A stretch of DNA of 59,132 bases from an uncultured Methanosarcinales archaeon (GTDB lineage: Archaea; Nanobdellota; Nanobdellia; Woesearchaeales; CAYZNE01): positions 1 through 59,132 of the forward strand of contig CAYONI010000002.1 of NCBI GenBank assembly GCA_964405295.1, in the 5' to 3' direction. The notes beneath the pieces were generated by a model. It was not told the DNA's origin and did no database searches. It saw only the letters and a list, made by a program, of their open reading frames with translations. Positions 18,346-27,976 of the stretch are shown here, in pieces; the stretch's first letter is position 1; each line of letters starts with the position of its first letter. A program made the translations under genes and the position numbers.

Positions 18346-19551
18346 ATGAAACCACACAAATCATTCAGACACGCCTTGAATATGGTTATTCATAGCAAGC
18401 TTAGAAGTTGGTTAACCATAATTGGTATTGTTATAGGTGTTGCATCTGTTATTGCAATCATTGCCATAGGTGATGGCATGGAAGCAGAGATGAATAATCA
18501 AATGGGTGATTTGGGTGTTGATTTGGTTACTGTAACTCCAGGTGCATCTAGAGCAGGAAAATTTGGTCCTGGTGGAGGGGAAGATAGTGGAGGAACTGCT
18601 TCAAGTGATATTTTAGATAAAAAAGATCTTCAAATAATTAAAGGTTTTAGTGAAGTAGGATATGTTGACACTAGAATTTCTGGAAGCGTTGACGCTTATT
18701 ATCTTGGTGAAGAAGGTAGTTTATCTTTAACTGGTGTTGACCAAAAAGTTTGGAAAGATATTAACACAGACGAGCTTGATTCGGGCAGACTTCTTGATTC
18801 TGCTGATTCAAATGTTATAGTTATAGGATATAAATTAGCCAATGAATATTTTGATGATAAGATTGGAATTAATAAAATTATTTATATTGAAGGAACTGCA
18901 TTCAGAGTTGTAGGAATTTTAGAAGATGGAACAGGGAATAGTATTTATATACCTATAAATTCTGCATATAATGTTCTTGAAGATTCTGTTAAAGGTGAAT
19001 ATGATTCAATAGTTATAAAAATTAAATCTGATGTTGACCCAGATGTTTTTGTTGAAGAGCTTGAAGAAAAACTCATGATTTCAAGACATGTTAATAAAGA
19101 TGATAAAGATTTTACTGTTTCTTCCAATGCTCAAATGGCTGAGATGAGAACTGAAATGATGGGAACAGTCACAACTTTTCTTACTGCTATTGCAGCAATT
19201 TCTTTAATTGTTGGTTCAGTAGGTGTTGCAAATACAATGTTTACTTCTGTGCTTGAAAAAACAAAACAAATAGGAATAATGAAGGCTATTGGTGCTAAAA
19301 ATTCAGATATTATGAGCATCTTTCTTTTTAATGCTGCAATTATTGGTGTTATCGGTGGAATTTCAGGTTTGATAGTTGGAGTCCTAGTATCTAAATTAGC
19401 AGGTCTTGCATTAAGTATTGATGCAGTTATAAGTTTCGGAACCATTGCTCTTGCAATTGGAGTTTCTATATTTGTTGGTTTGCTTGCAGGTGCTATACCT
19501 GCTTATCAGGCTTCACAATTAAGTCCTGTAGAAGCTTTGCGAAGTGAGTAA
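18346..19551 (+). CDS. ABC transporter permease (MacB/FtsX family)
   Basis: KLRSWLTIIGIVIG, EKTKQIGIMKAIGA and PAYQASQLSPVEALR. Confidence 0.95.
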   Translation: MKPHKSFRHALNMVIHSKLRSWLTIIGIVIGVASVIAIIAIGDGMEAEMNNQMGDLGVDLVTVTPGASRAGKFGPGGGEDSGGTASSDILDKKDLQIIKGFSEVGYVDTRISGSVDAYYLGEEGSLSLTGVDQKVWKDINTDELDSGRLLDSADSNVIVIGYKLANEYFDDKIGINKIIYIEGTAFRVVGILEDGTGNSIYIPINSAYNVLEDSVKGEYDSIVIKIKSDVDPDVFVEELEEKLMISRHVNKDDKDFTVSSNAQMAEMRTEMMGTVTTFLTAIAAISLIVGSVGVANTMFTSVLEKTKQIGIMKAIGAKNSDIMSIFLFNAAIIGVIGGISGLIVGVLVSKLAGLALSIDAVISFGTIALAIGVSIFVGLLAGAIPAYQASQLSPVEALRSE

Positions 19552-19631
19552 TTAGTGAATTTCAAAATTTTTTAATTTTTGTTACACTTAGAAGCGAATA
19601 ATTTTTATATACTTATTTTCTAGTTATTTCT

Positions 19632-20132
19632 ATGGGCATAATAACTCTAATAACTTTATTTGCAACTATGATCTTACAAGTTGTGATTCCACCAATACCT
19701 GCAGAGCTAATAGTTATTGCATCTGGAAAATTAAACGGGATTCTGTTGACAACTCTTTTTGCAGGAGCAGGGTTGTTTGTTGGGAGTATTTTTGTATATT
19801 ATATTGGTTTTTACATTCACAATCGTTTTGACAAGTTTTTCAAGAAGAAAAAAGTAAAAAAGATTATAGATAATCTAAGAAAGCAAGAGACTTTACTTTT
19901 AATTATTAGAGTTCTTCCATACAATCCTTCAGATATAATATCTTATGTTTCAGGAATAATTAAAGTTAATAAAAAGAAGTTTTTGGTAATAACATTTTTC
20001 ACTGCATTCATTAGAACGTTTCTTCTGGCAGTAATGGGTGCTTTTATCACGAATATAAAGACTACATTGATAGTTGTTAGTTTATTGATAATATGTGCAA
20101 TAGTTGCATATGCAATTGCCTATAAAAAATGA
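19632..20132 (+). CDS. TVP38/DedA (VTT-domain) membrane protein
   Basis: PPIPAEL...IRVLPYNPSDIISYVSG. Confidence 0.85.
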   Translation: MGIITLITLFATMILQVVIPPIPAELIVIASGKLNGILLTTLFAGAGLFVGSIFVYYIGFYIHNRFDKFFKKKKVKKIIDNLRKQETLLLIIRVLPYNPSDIISYVSGIIKVNKKKFLVITFFTAFIRTFLLAVMGAFITNIKTTLIVVSLLIICAIVAYAIAYKK

Positions 20133-20593
20133 TGCGAAAAACTCATTTGTTATTTACTATATTGGTTTATTTATTGTTAATTAGGTTTAATGTGATTAAT
20201 TTTTCTATTTTGGGGTTTGTTGTTATTTTAGCTGCAACACTGATTCCTGATATTGACGCTGAAACATCTAAACTTGGAAGGAAAATAAAACCGATTTCAC
20301 AATCATTCAGACACAGAGGATTTTTTCATTCGATACTGTTTGGAGTTCTTATGACAGGGATATTTTATTATGCAAATAGCGGTTTGTATTTAGAATTTTT
20401 AATAGGTTATTTTTCTCATTTGTTGTTAGATTTGCTTAATTATAAGACTGTGCAGTTATTCTGGCCCTTCAGAACAAAGACAAAGGGATTTATTAAAACA
20501 AATGGTTTTGTTGAGAAGCTTTTGATGTTTATATTTTTGGTTGTGGATGTAGGTCTGGTATTGTTGATTTTACTATATTCCCTATTAACTTGA
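20129..20593 (+). CDS. Membrane-bound metal-dependent hydrolase (YdjM-like)
   Basis: KTH, LIPDID, HRGFFHS and SHLLLD motifs. Confidence 0.85.
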   Translation: MMRKTHLLFTILVYLLLIRFNVINFSILGFVVILAATLIPDIDAETSKLGRKIKPISQSFRHRGFFHSILFGVLMTGIFYYANSGLYLEFLIGYFSHLLLDLLNYKTVQLFWPFRTKTKGFIKTNGFVEKLLMFIFLVVDVGLVLLILLYSLLT

Positions 20594-20714
20594 AATAGTT
20601 GTTGTAGCTTTTTTGCAAAATTCTTAGGTTTTCTGAAAGCGTAGTGTCATTGAGTAGAGAAAAAGGGTACATTAAGGATGAAGTTCTTAAATTGATAATT
20701 ATTGGTCAAAAGTT

Positions 20715-21107
20715 TTATTCTTCAAGAATTTTTTCTGCTCCTGAATAAATCTCTTCAACATTAAGAATTACTCCTGATTTAGGAGAATTCATATCTGGTC
20801 TTTCTGTTTTAACCCATTCAACTATATCTTCATAAATCTTATCATTTTTATGAATCTCAATAGTTCCTTTTATTTGATATGCTTTTCTATTTTCTTCATC
20901 TAATACAACAAAAGACATTCTGGGATTTTCAGTTATATTTTTTTCTGTTTTAAAAAATTTATTATTTGCTATTATTATTTGTTTATTATTATACACTTTA
21001 AGAAATGTTAAATATATTATGTTAGGAATACCTTTTTTTGTTGATGTTGATAAAATGTGTAATTTTTGATTATTAATAACATTCTGAATATATTTTGGAA
21101 TTTTCAT
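20715..21107 (-). CDS. Pyridoxamine 5'-phosphate oxidase family (FMN-binding split barrel)
   Basis: STSTKKGIPN...KTEKNITENP...AYQIKG...VEEIYSG. Confidence 0.85.
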   Translation of the reverse strand: MKIPKYIQNVINNQKLHILSTSTKKGIPNIIYLTFLKVYNNKQIIIANNKFFKTEKNITENPRMSFVVLDEENRKAYQIKGTIEIHKNDKIYEDIVEWVKTERPDMNSPKSGVILNVEEIYSGAEKILEE

Positions 21108-21276
21108 AATAAGATAATAAATTTTTATAAGTATATAAAACTTTTGTCTTTTTTAATTATTAAAACTCTGATTTCATTTAACTTATACTAAATCTACTTC
21201 TAAAGTCTCTATTTATAAACAACACTGGACAATTTGATAAAAACTATATAAATAAAAGAGCTTTACTATCTATTGT

Positions 21277-21356
21277 TAGCTTCGAAGTGAAGTTAAACTC
21301 CGCTGAATCGAAAGGTTTAGTTGAAACAAGATGCGAAAGCAAGGAGGAATTAAAAA
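21277..21356 (+). promoter_or_regulatory. Structured 5' leader with GNRA hairpins and a sequestered SD
   Basis: TATA at 21245-21252. Hairpins AGCTTC/GAAGTT, CTGAATC-GAAA-GGTTTAG and TGC-GAAA-GCA; CTCC (21298-21301) can pair with GGAG (21343-21346). Confidence 0.5.
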
Positions 21357-21674
21357 ATGCAAGAAGTAATAGGTCCGAAAGGAGCACACGCACCAAGCGT
21401 GGATGATGTAATGGGTCAAAAACACCCAGAAAAAAAGTTTAAGGCAGGAGCAATAACTGCAACTGTTTGGAAAAATAAAGGAACTAGTTCTACTGGTGAG
21501 CCAACCGATTATTTTACAGTTTCTTTTGAAAGAACTTACAAAGATAAAACAACTGGCGAATGGAGAAAAACAAATAGCCTTAGGCAGATGGATCTTCCAA
21601 GAGCAGTTCTCGTGTTAAGTAAAGCATATGAGTTCTTAACTCTTAAAGAAGATGATCACGAAGGATTATTTTAA
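21357..21674 (+). CDS. Small putative ssDNA-binding protein (PC4/Whirly-like beta-beta-beta-alpha)
   Basis: PEKKFKAGAITATVWKN...YFTVSFERTYKD...GEWRKTNSL...DLPRAVLVLSKAYE; aromatic/basic strands followed by a helix; adjacent to radA. Confidence 0.55.
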   Translation: MQEVIGPKGAHAPSVDDVMGQKHPEKKFKAGAITATVWKNKGTSSTGEPTDYFTVSFERTYKDKTTGEWRKTNSLRQMDLPRAVLVLSKAYEFLTLKEDDHEGLF

Positions 21675-21815
21675 TCTGAAAGGTTTGTTTTATTTTAAGT
21701 AAATAAATTTTTTATTTTTATTCCGGTTTTCCCGGTGCCAATAATCTTTGATTGTTGAGTATTCAAATTAGTGTTAACTATATCAAAATATAAAAATAAT
21801 GAGGTACAAAATAAA

Positions 21816-22757
21816 ATGACAGAAGCAAAATCAATGCAAGTGCAAGACCTTCCAGGTGTGGGTGCTGCAACAGCAGAAAAACTTTCTATGGGTGGATTCG
21901 ACACTCTAATGGCAATAGCTGTTGCAACTCCAGGAGAATTGGTGAGTGCAACAGGAGTAACAGAAACCACTGCACGAAAGATGATTCAGGGTGCAAGATC
22001 TAATATGGATATGGGATTTAAATCTGGTACAGAAATTTTAGAACGAAGAGAACAAATTTTTAGAATTAAATCAGGTTCAACAAATGTGGATACACTTCTT
22101 GGTGGGGGATTTGAAAGTGGTTGTATAACTGAGTGTTTTGGACAATATGGTTCAAGTAAAACTCAAATAGCACATGTGCTTGCAATCAATGTTATTTTAC
22201 AATACCCTGAAGCAATTGTTGTTTTTATTGATACAGAAAATACTTTTAGACCTGAAAGAATAATTCAGATGGCTAAGGGTGCAGATCTTGATCCAGAGAT
22301 GGTTCTTTCACAAATAAGAGTTGCAAGAGCATTTAATTCTGATCACCAAATGTTGTTAGCAGAAAAAGTTGAAGAATTAATTAATGATGATGAAAATGTT
22401 AAATTAGTTATTGTTGATTCCCTAACTGCACATTTTAGAGCAGAATTTGTTGGAAGAGGAACGCTTGCAACTAGACAACAGAAACTTAACAAGCACATGC
22501 ATGTTCTTGCAAAAGTTGCATCTGTTCACAATATTTGTGTATATGTTACTAATCAAGTTATGTCTAAGCCAGATCAGTTCTTTGGTGATCCAACAGAAGC
22601 AATTGGTGGACACATTGTTGCACATAACTCTACATTTAGACTTTATCTTAGAAAAGGAAAGCAAGGAAGCCGAGTTGCAAAGCTTGTTGATTCTCCAAAC
22701 TTACCTGATGGTGAAGCAGCATATAAGGTAACACAAGAAGGTTTGATAGATGTATGA
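21816..22757 (+). CDS. radA: DNA repair and recombination protein RadA
   Basis: HhH DLPGVG, Walker A GQYGSSKT, IDTENTFRPER, VIVDS, RQQKLNKH and DSPNLP. Confidence 0.97.
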   Translation: MTEAKSMQVQDLPGVGAATAEKLSMGGFDTLMAIAVATPGELVSATGVTETTARKMIQGARSNMDMGFKSGTEILERREQIFRIKSGSTNVDTLLGGGFESGCITECFGQYGSSKTQIAHVLAINVILQYPEAIVVFIDTENTFRPERIIQMAKGADLDPEMVLSQIRVARAFNSDHQMLLAEKVEELINDDENVKLVIVDSLTAHFRAEFVGRGTLATRQQKLNKHMHVLAKVASVHNICVYVTNQVMSKPDQFFGDPTEAIGGHIVAHNSTFRLYLRKGKQGSRVAKLVDSPNLPDGEAAYKVTQEGLIDV

Positions 22758-22809
22758 TTAATTTAGTAATTATATTTAAATAAAAGTTTTTTCTTTTTTT
22801 ATTATTTTT

Positions 22810-25800
22810 CTAATTTGGCCAATAAATACAGGCACCATTTTGCCATCTGCAACTTAAGCCGCATGCATCTCCTTTATTTTCACATGTCCCATAACCAACG
22901 CCTAATAAATCGTTGCAGTTAGAAGGGCAGTCTGTGCATTCAGAACTAGTGTGGTAACAGCGAAAGTTTAGTCCACATTCAGTATATGCATGATCGCATT
23001 CTTCTTCATAATAATTATATATTTGATTATTACATTCTGTTGGGCAGTCCCTACATATTCCTGCATCTTCGTTATAAAAACAATCTAGTGGAGTCCAGTG
23101 TATATTTTGTTCATATTTGCATAAAGTTGGATTATTATTATACATTCCATTTTCACAACTAAGTGGCACATCATAACAATAATCTTCATCCCAAGAGCAA
23201 ACAAAATTTTCACTAATTCTATAATCGCAAGTAGTTTCAAGTCCACATATTGCTTCAGGTAATGTTCCTTCAAGATGATTTAGGTAATTATAAGTTTCAC
23301 AAGATTCTTCTAAATCACAATCAAAGATTCTACAATGATTCTCTTGATCATTCCAATAACAAACACCTGCTGTGTCAATATTAGTAACATCAATAGGTTT
23401 GTTTGTAAAATCGCAAGGATCTTCTAAACAGATTTCGTGTGCAGTGTATCCTTGATAGACAAAAGTATAATCATTACAGGAGTATATATTATCACAATTT
23501 AGGTCACTTAAATCGGTTGCCATCATGGCCACACAACTATTACCATCCCAATAACATTCTTCTGTATCATCATATCTTGCGAAATTACAAGTATCACTTT
23601 CACACCAGTTTTGATTTGCTCCATATGCTAGGCATCCATCTGGATTACTACAATCTACTCCCTGTAAGGGTGATTGAATTACGCATTCTGTTTCTGACCA
23701 ATAGCAATCTCCAAAATTACAATAATCTGGAGTTGTTGGTGCAGGTATTGGATCTTGTGGAGGATCACACATTGCACTAACATTTGCGACTCTGCTTAGT
23801 ATTAATTGATTATAGTCAAAACAACTTGTTTGTTCATTGCATTCAAATTCTTTACAATGATTTTCATCTTCATCCCAATAGCAAGGATTTAATCCTGAGT
23901 TTTCAAGCCAAATACTACAAAGATCTGTAAGACATAATTCTTCTGCTGAAAAAATATTATTAGTAGTTTGATATTCAAATGTGTAATCTGTACATAAGTT
24001 TACTTCTTCACAATTTAGATTTTCTAAATCTGTAGTAAGCATTGAATCGCATTGATTGTCGTCTTCATTCCAATAGCAGAATTCTGTATTATCATATCTT
24101 GCGAAGTTACAAGTGTCTTCTAGGCACCAGTTTTGATTTGATCCATATGCTAAACAACCATCAGAATCACTACAATAAACACCTTGCATATTTGATTCTG
24201 CCACACACTCTGTTTCTGACCAATAGCAATTCTCCTCAAAACCACAGAAATCATCTGTTTGGGGTATTGGATTCATTTCAGGATCACACATTGCACTTGC
24301 GTTTACAACTCCACTCATAGTTAATAAACTGTAATCAAAACAAGATGTTCTTCCTTCGCAGTTAAATGGTTGACAAACATTAGTTTGATAATCCCAATAA
24401 CAAAAGTCATCTATTTCTTGATCTGAAAACCACATGTTACAAGGATCTGCTAAACAAACTTGTGCCGCAGTTACATCTTCAAAACTAGAAGTATAACTTC
24501 CACAAGAACTTATTGTTGAACAATTCATATATATTTCTAAATAATTATGTAATGATTCAGGATGAAGACAACAGTAATCATTTGAAGAACCTTCACAAAA
24601 GTTTTGATCTGAGGAAACATAATCATCTGAATCCATAAAAGAAAGGAAATTTTCATCGCACATACAACTCATTCCTCGTCTAAAACCTGAGTTTGCTTGT
24701 TTACAAAAATCAATATCTTCATTCCAATCCATGTTACAAAATATACATTTGTTTCTAGTATAGAAATGATCAAACTCAAGAGAACAAACCATATTGTTTG
24801 AAAGAATCTGGCCATTGTATTGACAATTCTCCATATCTCCAATTGTTAATTCGTGTGAACTTGATTTGATTGGTGTTTCTGATGTTTCAGTTTCATATGC
24901 TGCAACCTGTAGTTCATAAATCTGACCAACCTCTGTTTCATTAAATAAGTAATTAAGAACATTTGAAGGATTGCTGCAAAGGTTTCTGTCAGTTGTAAAT
25001 AATAATTCTGAACCTTGCCCACCATTATATTGTTTTAACATTCTGAATGAGCAGTAAGCATTTGAATTACTGTAGAATGGTTTAAACTTGTAATCTGTTA
25101 AAGGTGTTAGGGTTGCTTTCTTATTTTCACCAAGTTTTTTATATTCAGAGTAGCTTCCTTCATCACCATAAATATGGCTTTTAGATGAATAATAAATTCC
25201 AATTCCTCTTTCACCTTGATCACAGCATAATCCGAAGTCACAGGCTTCAATTATATATTTATTTGGTGGCATAAAATATCTATCATCTAAACTACATCCA
25301 CAAGTATAATCAACACCTATTCCATTACACAGTTCAGGTAATTCCCCAGGATTCTTTGCACAATAAGAACATCTTGTTATGCATTGTTTCTCTGCGTCAC
25401 AGACCATTGTATGATCATTGCTGCAATAACTTCCTTCGTTTAATCCTTCACAAGATTTGCTTGTAGCAAAGGATAATGGATCATATTCTTGTGTTCTTAT
25501 AATATCAAACTCTTTTGTTATGCTTTGAAAATAATTAAATTCTATTTTTAGATTTAGTGGTGCAATAAAGTTTGTTGCACTTCCAAAATGAGAATCAACA
25601 GTGCATCTTGTTTCTCCTTCATCGTCAATAAGTTTTATTATTTCAGGATTACAAGTCAGGTTTAAATTTGAAACGATTCCTGAAATTTTAACTTTATTTA
25701 GATTATTTGTATCTAAAATTAGATTTCCACATAGTTTGTCTTCTTCTTCATCATAAAGGGGAATTCCTTTACCATAATTCTTAATTTCGATTATAAATTT

Positions 25801-26418
25801 TGGTTTTATATTACCTGTTGTTGAAGTCATTACTGGAGTAATTTTTGTAACAGCTATTGGGGATCCTTGACCTCCACTAAGAGTTAATTCTTCTGATCTA
25901 CAAATTGCAGGTCTTCTATCTTGTTCATAAGGGTCAACATCAATACATATATTCTCGCTAAAAGTTGTTTCATAAGGATAACACAAGTTAAATTGTAATT
26001 CTGTTTCAGGTTTTTGTATTGCACCTGGAAGTAATTGCATTGAGAATTCTGGAAGATCAAAAATTATGAATTCCCCATTGGGGAACATAGTTGATTTTCC
26101 TTCAAGTGTAAAAGTTTTATTTCCTTGCCATTGATCTTGATTATATTGCATATAGAATTCGTCTGTAGTTATTGATGCAACCGCAGGATTACTTTGATTA
26201 ATAGTGTAAGTGCCTTCATTAACTATAATAATTCTTGTACTAAAGGTTGAGTTTTCATATAAGTTATCTGGAATAGATTTACTAAAAGTTGTTTCAAGTG
26301 ATTTATACCCTTTGTACACAGTTCTCTTGGAATAACTTTGATTTGTGCAAGAGGATAATAAAAATATTGCTATTAAAATTAATGCCGCTATTTTTATATA
26401 ATTTGATTTTGATATCAT
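22810..26418 (-). CDS. Large Cys-rich surface lipoprotein with tandem internal repeats
   Basis: Lipobox LLSS|C; N-terminal beta domain (CYPYET...CID...GQGSPIAV); C-terminal half built of repeated Cys/CYW modules. Confidence 0.75.
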   Translation of the reverse strand: MISKSNYIKIAALILIAIFLLSSCTNQSYSKRTVYKGYKSLETTFSKSIPDNLYENSTFSTRIIIVNEGTYTINQSNPAVASITTDEFYMQYNQDQWQGNKTFTLEGKSTMFPNGEFIIFDLPEFSMQLLPGAIQKPETELQFNLCYPYETTFSENICIDVDPYEQDRRPAICRSEELTLSGGQGSPIAVTKITPVMTSTTGNIKPKFIIEIKNYGKGIPLYDEEEDKLCGNLILDTNNLNKVKISGIVSNLNLTCNPEIIKLIDDEGETRCTVDSHFGSATNFIAPLNLKIEFNYFQSITKEFDIIRTQEYDPLSFATSKSCEGLNEGSYCSNDHTMVCDAEKQCITRCSYCAKNPGELPELCNGIGVDYTCGCSLDDRYFMPPNKYIIEACDFGLCCDQGERGIGIYYSSKSHIYGDEGSYSEYKKLGENKKATLTPLTDYKFKPFYSNSNAYCSFRMLKQYNGGQGSELLFTTDRNLCSNPSNVLNYLFNETEVGQIYELQVAAYETETSETPIKSSSHELTIGDMENCQYNGQILSNNMVCSLEFDHFYTRNKCIFCNMDWNEDIDFCKQANSGFRRGMSCMCDENFLSFMDSDDYVSSDQNFCEGSSNDYCCLHPESLHNYLEIYMNCSTISSCGSYTSSFEDVTAAQVCLADPCNMWFSDQEIDDFCYWDYQTNVCQPFNCEGRTSCFDYSLLTMSGVVNASAMCDPEMNPIPQTDDFCGFEENCYWSETECVAESNMQGVYCSDSDGCLAYGSNQNWCLEDTCNFARYDNTEFCYWNEDDNQCDSMLTTDLENLNCEEVNLCTDYTFEYQTTNNIFSAEELCLTDLCSIWLENSGLNPCYWDEDENHCKEFECNEQTSCFDYNQLILSRVANVSAMCDPPQDPIPAPTTPDYCNFGDCYWSETECVIQSPLQGVDCSNPDGCLAYGANQNWCESDTCNFARYDDTEECYWDGNSCVAMMATDLSDLNCDNIYSCNDYTFVYQGYTAHEICLEDPCDFTNKPIDVTNIDTAGVCYWNDQENHCRIFDCDLEESCETYNYLNHLEGTLPEAICGLETTCDYRISENFVCSWDEDYCYDVPLSCENGMYNNNPTLCKYEQNIHWTPLDCFYNEDAGICRDCPTECNNQIYNYYEEECDHAYTECGLNFRCYHTSSECTDCPSNCNDLLGVGYGTCENKGDACGLSCRWQNGACIYWPN
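23290..24530 (-). repeat. Intragenic tandem duplication (about 2.5 units, period about 520 nt)
   Basis: CATATCTTGCGAA at 24093 and 23571 (offset 522 nt); CYWSETECV...GCLAYG.NQNWC..DTCNFARYD occurs twice. Confidence 0.85.
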
Positions 26419-26423
26419 TCTAA

Positions 26424-27935
26424 TTAAATTCTAGGTTCAATAACTCTTACAAGTTCTTTACCTGATTCACTTTTATAAGTGTATACTGTACTAACAACAA
26501 TTGTTTTTTCTAATTTTTGATTTAATTGTTTTTCTTGTTGATACATTTCTTTGTCAATATTCATAGAACAGGTGAAACTTTCAAGAGCTCCAGGTATTTT
26601 TTCAGGATTAGTAAAAATATAATAATGGAAATAATCGCTTTGCTGATCACTATCTGGAGGTGTATCACTTTCTTGAGGATTATAGTTTGCAGGAGTGCAA
26701 TCTGTTAGGTTAATCATTTTAGGCATTTGAACAACTATTCTCTCAACGGAACTTATTTCTCCTTTTCTCCAATATCTATTAAGATAGATTCCGAATTTTG
26801 GTAAAGCATTATTGCCTTCTAAATCAACAATTATTGGTTGATTTGCAGCAATCATCATTACTTGAACTGGGCCATCAGTAAAAACAGGAGTATAATCTTT
26901 TTCAATGTCTAAATCTTTATTAATATCTCTGTCATCACGTATAAAATCTAATACTAACTCTTTATTAACAAAAGTGTATTCAAGATATGCCCAAGTTTCA
27001 AATTTAAAATTGCTTTCAAAATAAGCATTATATCTTCCTGCGGTCATTGCAGGAAGTTGACAGTCTAAAATTCTGCTATCTTGTCCAAGAACAAAGAATT
27101 CTGATTCTGTTTGAATACCTTGAACTTTAACATCAGAGTTAGTTGTGCTTTCTATAAAACAATTTGTTTTAATCTCGATTTGATCAAAAATCGTATTCAC
27201 TTCCATAACCCCGATCATTTCAAATGGTTCACCTGCGATAACTGTACTAATCATTAATCTTAAATCTGTAATAAATACTCCTAATCTGGTTTCGCTATTT
27301 TTATCAATTTTTGATTTGGCATCTTCTGGGTTAAACCTTGCGTTAAGAGTTTGATTGATATATCGTTGAGTGCTACTTGCTTGTTCTTTTAGCATGTCTC
27401 CGAATTCTTTTAATGCATCTCCGGGTGTAACTGCAATACTTGTGCCAACAGCTATCCCTTCTGCACCTCTAAACATTGCAGGACCAATATAAATTAATGC
27501 AATTACGACTAAGATAATAAACCAAATAACTCTTATGGTTGCAATACTCTTAAAGTCAGGTGGATTAATAAATAAGAAATAAAGAAGCCAAGGAGCACAC
27601 ATTATTCCACCTATAAAGAATATTAATCCTGATAATGGCCCAAGAGAACCAACTACATATTCTAAAAGTAGATAAGGTATTGCTATTTGTAGTATGGATA
27701 ATAAGATTGCGATTCCTGCTTGTCTTAAACTGGTTTTTAGTGTTCTTGTCTCAGTTCCTGCAAGTTCTATAATAAAGTAAACTGCACATAATAGAAAATA
27801 CATTAAAAAAATAAAACCCAGATTGGCCGCATTATTTCTTTCAAAATGAAAAACAAAGTAATCTACTAAGAAAACAATTATTGCTGCGAGGAAACTTATC
27901 CAATTATACTTATTTCTTCTAGCTTCCATCACCAT
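26424..27935 (-). CDS. Multi-TM membrane protein with a large extracellular beta domain
   Basis: About 5 N-terminal TM helices followed by a soluble domain (FETWAYL, TDGPV); co-transcribed with the neighbouring surface proteins. Confidence 0.7.
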   Translation of the reverse strand: MVMEARRNKYNWISFLAAIIVFLVDYFVFHFERNNAANLGFIFLMYFLLCAVYFIIELAGTETRTLKTSLRQAGIAILLSILQIAIPYLLLEYVVGSLGPLSGLIFFIGGIMCAPWLLYFLFINPPDFKSIATIRVIWFIILVVIALIYIGPAMFRGAEGIAVGTSIAVTPGDALKEFGDMLKEQASSTQRYINQTLNARFNPEDAKSKIDKNSETRLGVFITDLRLMISTVIAGEPFEMIGVMEVNTIFDQIEIKTNCFIESTTNSDVKVQGIQTESEFFVLGQDSRILDCQLPAMTAGRYNAYFESNFKFETWAYLEYTFVNKELVLDFIRDDRDINKDLDIEKDYTPVFTDGPVQVMMIAANQPIIVDLEGNNALPKFGIYLNRYWRKGEISSVERIVVQMPKMINLTDCTPANYNPQESDTPPDSDQQSDYFHYYIFTNPEKIPGALESFTCSMNIDKEMYQQEKQLNQKLEKTIVVSTVYTYKSESGKELVRVIEPRI

Positions 27936-27976
27936 CTTAAATTCTCACCACTATTATACAAAGATTAAACTAATAA

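Noticed and set aside
23290..24530. Diversity-generating retroelement TR/VR pair
   Set aside because: Both copies are in-frame inside one ORF, the differences are not obviously adenine-restricted, and no reverse transcriptase gene is in the window.
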